A stretch of 29,683 bases of DNA from Gammaproteobacteria bacterium (lineage in GTDB: Bacteria; Pseudomonadota; Gammaproteobacteria; Arenicellales; Poriferihabitantaceae). Below the pieces are notes generated by a model, which ran no database searches, was not told the origin of the DNA, and worked only from the letters and a program-made list of their open reading frames with translations. The translations under genes and the position numbers were made by a program. The stretch spans positions 1 through 29,683 of the forward strand of contig JAIBDK010000001.1 of assembly GCA_024679435.1 (NCBI GenBank). Reading direction: 5' to 3'. This document shows, piece by piece, positions 27,503 through 29,683 of the stretch; positions within the stretch are counted from its first letter, which is position 1; every line of letters begins with the position of its first letter.

Positions 27503-28633
27503 TTATAAAATTTGTTCGATATACTTTTCTTTGGCGAGTCGCCATAACACCACTGCAAAAGCCGTTAACGGAATTGCGAGTATCATCCCCAGTATTCCAT
27601 TTAATGCTGCACCCCAGAAAAATATTCCAACGATGATAGCCAGAGGGCTCAACCCGGTAGCGTCCCCCATAATTCTTGGAGTAAGAAAATAGCTTTCAAT
27701 GAGTTGTACCAGGCAAAATACAGCGATTATAAACGCAAGCATGGTCATGCCACCCCCGTCCTGAAACCAGGCCATGGGTAGGCACACACTTAGTCCAATC
27801 ATGCTTCCTAGATAAGGGACTATGTTTAGAAATCCCAACATTAGTCCAAGAATGGCCCCATATTTTAGTCCGGCAAGACTAAATCCGATAGCAAACAGAA
27901 TTCCCTGAAGCAGTGCGATTAGGATTTGGCCTCGAAAAAACACCACTACCAGATTAAAAAACTCCCGGACAAGATAGATAATATCTGATGCGGTATCCGG
28001 TTTTAGGAAAGGTAAGTGCTCTTCTTTTAATGATTCAGGCCTTAGTCGAGGCATTATTAGAAAGAATACAAGGTACACTGGGACAATGACCCAACCGAAT
28101 AAAGATACTATTGCGGATACGATACCAGAACCTGCAGATGCCAGGCTGTCAACGAAATAATTGACGATTGCAGCCATGGGGCCGCCTGGTGTTTTCAAGG
28201 TTTCACTCAACTTGGTGCCCAGATCACTATTTGAAAAAAACTGGTCAAGCTTTGGACGGTTGGCCTGAAACCAGGTTACGACTTTAGACCAGATTACGGG
28301 CAGTTGATCCGTCAGTTCCGAAAACTGGGTAAAAATTAGTGCGCCGAAAAACATGACAATTAATGTCAGAGGTATAAGAATAGACAGAAAAACGAGAACT
28401 AATGCAATTGGTGCAGGGGTTCTGGATTTCAACCACCCATACCAGGGATCCAGCACCATGGCAAAGACAGCAGCCACGGCCAGTGGCAGGAATACGCTGT
28501 TAAAAGCTTTGAAAAACAGTGCAACATAAATGACAAAAAATACCGACGCGGTAATCACAATGGCTGCGGCCACTGTGGTTATTCCAGCTGCTACAATGCT
28601 TTGCTGCCTTCGGCTTAAATCAATATTTATCAT
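27503..28633 (-). CDS. AI-2E family transporter (PerM/TqsA-like)
   Basis: FLPLAVA.VFAM.LDP, FFRGQILIA, GFLNIVPYLG, QLIESYFLTPRIMG..GLSPL. Confidence 0.9.
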   Translation of the reverse strand: MINIDLSRRQQSIVAAGITTVAAAIVITASVFFVIYVALFFKAFNSVFLPLAVAAVFAMVLDPWYGWLKSRTPAPIALVLVFLSILIPLTLIVMFFGALIFTQFSELTDQLPVIWSKVVTWFQANRPKLDQFFSNSDLGTKLSETLKTPGGPMAAIVNYFVDSLASAGSGIVSAIVSLFGWVIVPVYLVFFLIMPRLRPESLKEEHLPFLKPDTASDIIYLVREFFNLVVVFFRGQILIALLQGILFAIGFSLAGLKYGAILGLMLGFLNIVPYLGSMIGLSVCLPMAWFQDGGGMTMLAFIIAVFCLVQLIESYFLTPRIMGDATGLSPLAIIVGIFFWGAALNGILGMILAIPLTAFAVVLWRLAKEKYIEQIL

Positions 28634-28666
28634 CTGGTTTTTGTACTAGGGTGTGGGAACATTCGT

Positions 28667-29548
28667 TTAGCTTTCGGCGTTATCCGCTTGCGAGTTGTTT
28701 GAGAGGTCGTTTCCGTTATTGCTCGCATTTTTCTGATCGGCAGCTTCCCGGCTTTTTCGGGTTAAAGCGCTGAAAATCGAAGCGATTGCAATGATAAGGG
28801 TGAGTCCGAGTCCGACAGCTAATCCAATAAGGCCAAATACTAATGGTCTGTACCAATTTGAGCTCGCGACAATAAAAGGTTTCTGAACGATTTGGGTGGT
28901 ATCGATAAACAGATCTGTAGAATTGAGAAGCTTATGGACTGTCAGCTCCTTTTTGATATTCGCGACACGGTCGTAACTGCTGTCCTGAGCCTGTTGCAGT
29001 GCGAGCAGGGACACAGGGTCATCGGTGAATTTAAGTTTACGCGCGATTTCTTCCAGTCTCCGCGTTTGTGTTTCCAGAGATTGCTGAATGTCTTTTACCC
29101 GTTGGCGTTGAACCGCTTGTAACCTTTCAAGCCGCCCATTCTGAAAATCAATTTCCTTTTGGACAAGATTTGCCAGATATTTTTCGGTGGCGAATTCACC
29201 ACTTGCGAATCCGGTTACTTTCACGACGTCTTTTTCTATAACAGAGGTGATGAGAAGCGATTTGGGATAGTGCTCATACATGTCCCTTGCGTATTGACGT
29301 AATCTGGCCCGAACCTGAGTCTCATTAGCCAGCAAAACCGGTTCCGGGTTGTTAGATGTTGCAAAAGTCCCCATTTTGAAAACAACGGTTCCGATATTCT
29401 GTTCCCCAGTAATATTTTGAGCGGCGATACCGATTCCTACGCAAATAATCGGTATTGTTATGAGCAGAAACTTGACCCGATTTAATGCATCGAACACTGT
29501 TGGAGTCGCACTGGTAACGCTTTCTTCGGCTTTTTTAATAAAACTCAT
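28667..29548 (-). CDS. Wzz/polysaccharide co-polymerase-like protein (two TMs flanking a coiled-coil domain)
   Basis: N-terminal TM (FLLITIPIICVGIG), heptad-rich middle (LERLQAVQRQRVKDIQQSLE…), Pro then Gly-rich C-terminal TM (RPLVFGLIGLAVGLG). Confidence 0.5.
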   Translation of the reverse strand: MSFIKKAEESVTSATPTVFDALNRVKFLLITIPIICVGIGIAAQNITGEQNIGTVVFKMGTFATSNNPEPVLLANETQVRARLRQYARDMYEHYPKSLLITSVIEKDVVKVTGFASGEFATEKYLANLVQKEIDFQNGRLERLQAVQRQRVKDIQQSLETQTRRLEEIARKLKFTDDPVSLLALQQAQDSSYDRVANIKKELTVHKLLNSTDLFIDTTQIVQKPFIVASSNWYRPLVFGLIGLAVGLGLTLIIAIASIFSALTRKSREAADQKNASNNGNDLSNNSQADNAES

Positions 29549-29638
29549 AGTAATTACCGGGATGAGACGGGTTGATTGACTCTGCTCTTTTCTTTAGGCA
29601 TCTGAATGACAGACTTTCTTACCTTGTGTTCTATCGAT

Positions 29639-29683
29639 TTAATTCAGTTCATTGGTCAAATTCTTTATAGCATCGTCATAATT
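29639..29683 (-). CDS. Probable 3' end of a gene truncated by the window edge (…NYDDAIKNLTNELN*)
   Basis: Only minus frame open from the edge to TAA 29641-29639; no domain recognisable. Confidence 0.3.
   Translation of the reverse strand, partial: NYDDAIKNLTNELN

Noticed and set aside
27097-27636. 179-aa plus-strand ORF antisense to META and the AI-2E gene end
   Set aside because: Ser/Leu-rich shadow frame fully explained by the minus-strand genes

Overview
Gammaproteobacterial-type chromosomal window with about 30 genes; the lineage is inferred from dapE, yafS-rnhA-dnaQ and yciI/yciB/yciA. It has four parts. (1) 1-2815: an accessory block with a PafA-like alkaline phosphatase, a secreted Cys-repeat protein and a DUF4389 protein. 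(2) 2995-8320: a housekeeping block with dapE, a YafS-like methyltransferase, rnhA, dnaQ, yciI, yciB, a deoxynucleoside kinase and yciA. (3) 8340-17500: an accessory envelope/hydrolase block with DUF4239, DUF3313, a small beta-barrel, a Cys-type sulfatase, a POTRA-less Omp85-like barrel, a patatin lipoprotein and MscS, ending at a remodelled tRNA pseudogene. (4) 18088-29683: a metabolic block with metY and a CoA-binding protein divergent from an acyl-CoA synthetase; an EamA-glycerate kinase-proline racemase family-methyltransferase-SDR run; then CMD, META, AI-2E and Wzz-like genes. No CRISPR array, rRNA, intact tRNA, integrase or transposase was seen. The most notable signals are: a 77-nt tRNA-Arg-like relic whose anticodon arm is replaced by a sequence complementary to its own 5' end, giving a hairpin plus U8 terminator on the opposite strand; two genes whose N-termini need a one-base shift in an A-run or a non-canonical start; a Ser/Cys proline-racemase homologue; and a split patatin plus Omp85 pair inside a sulfatase module. 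All family calls come from motif recognition by eye; no database searches were run.
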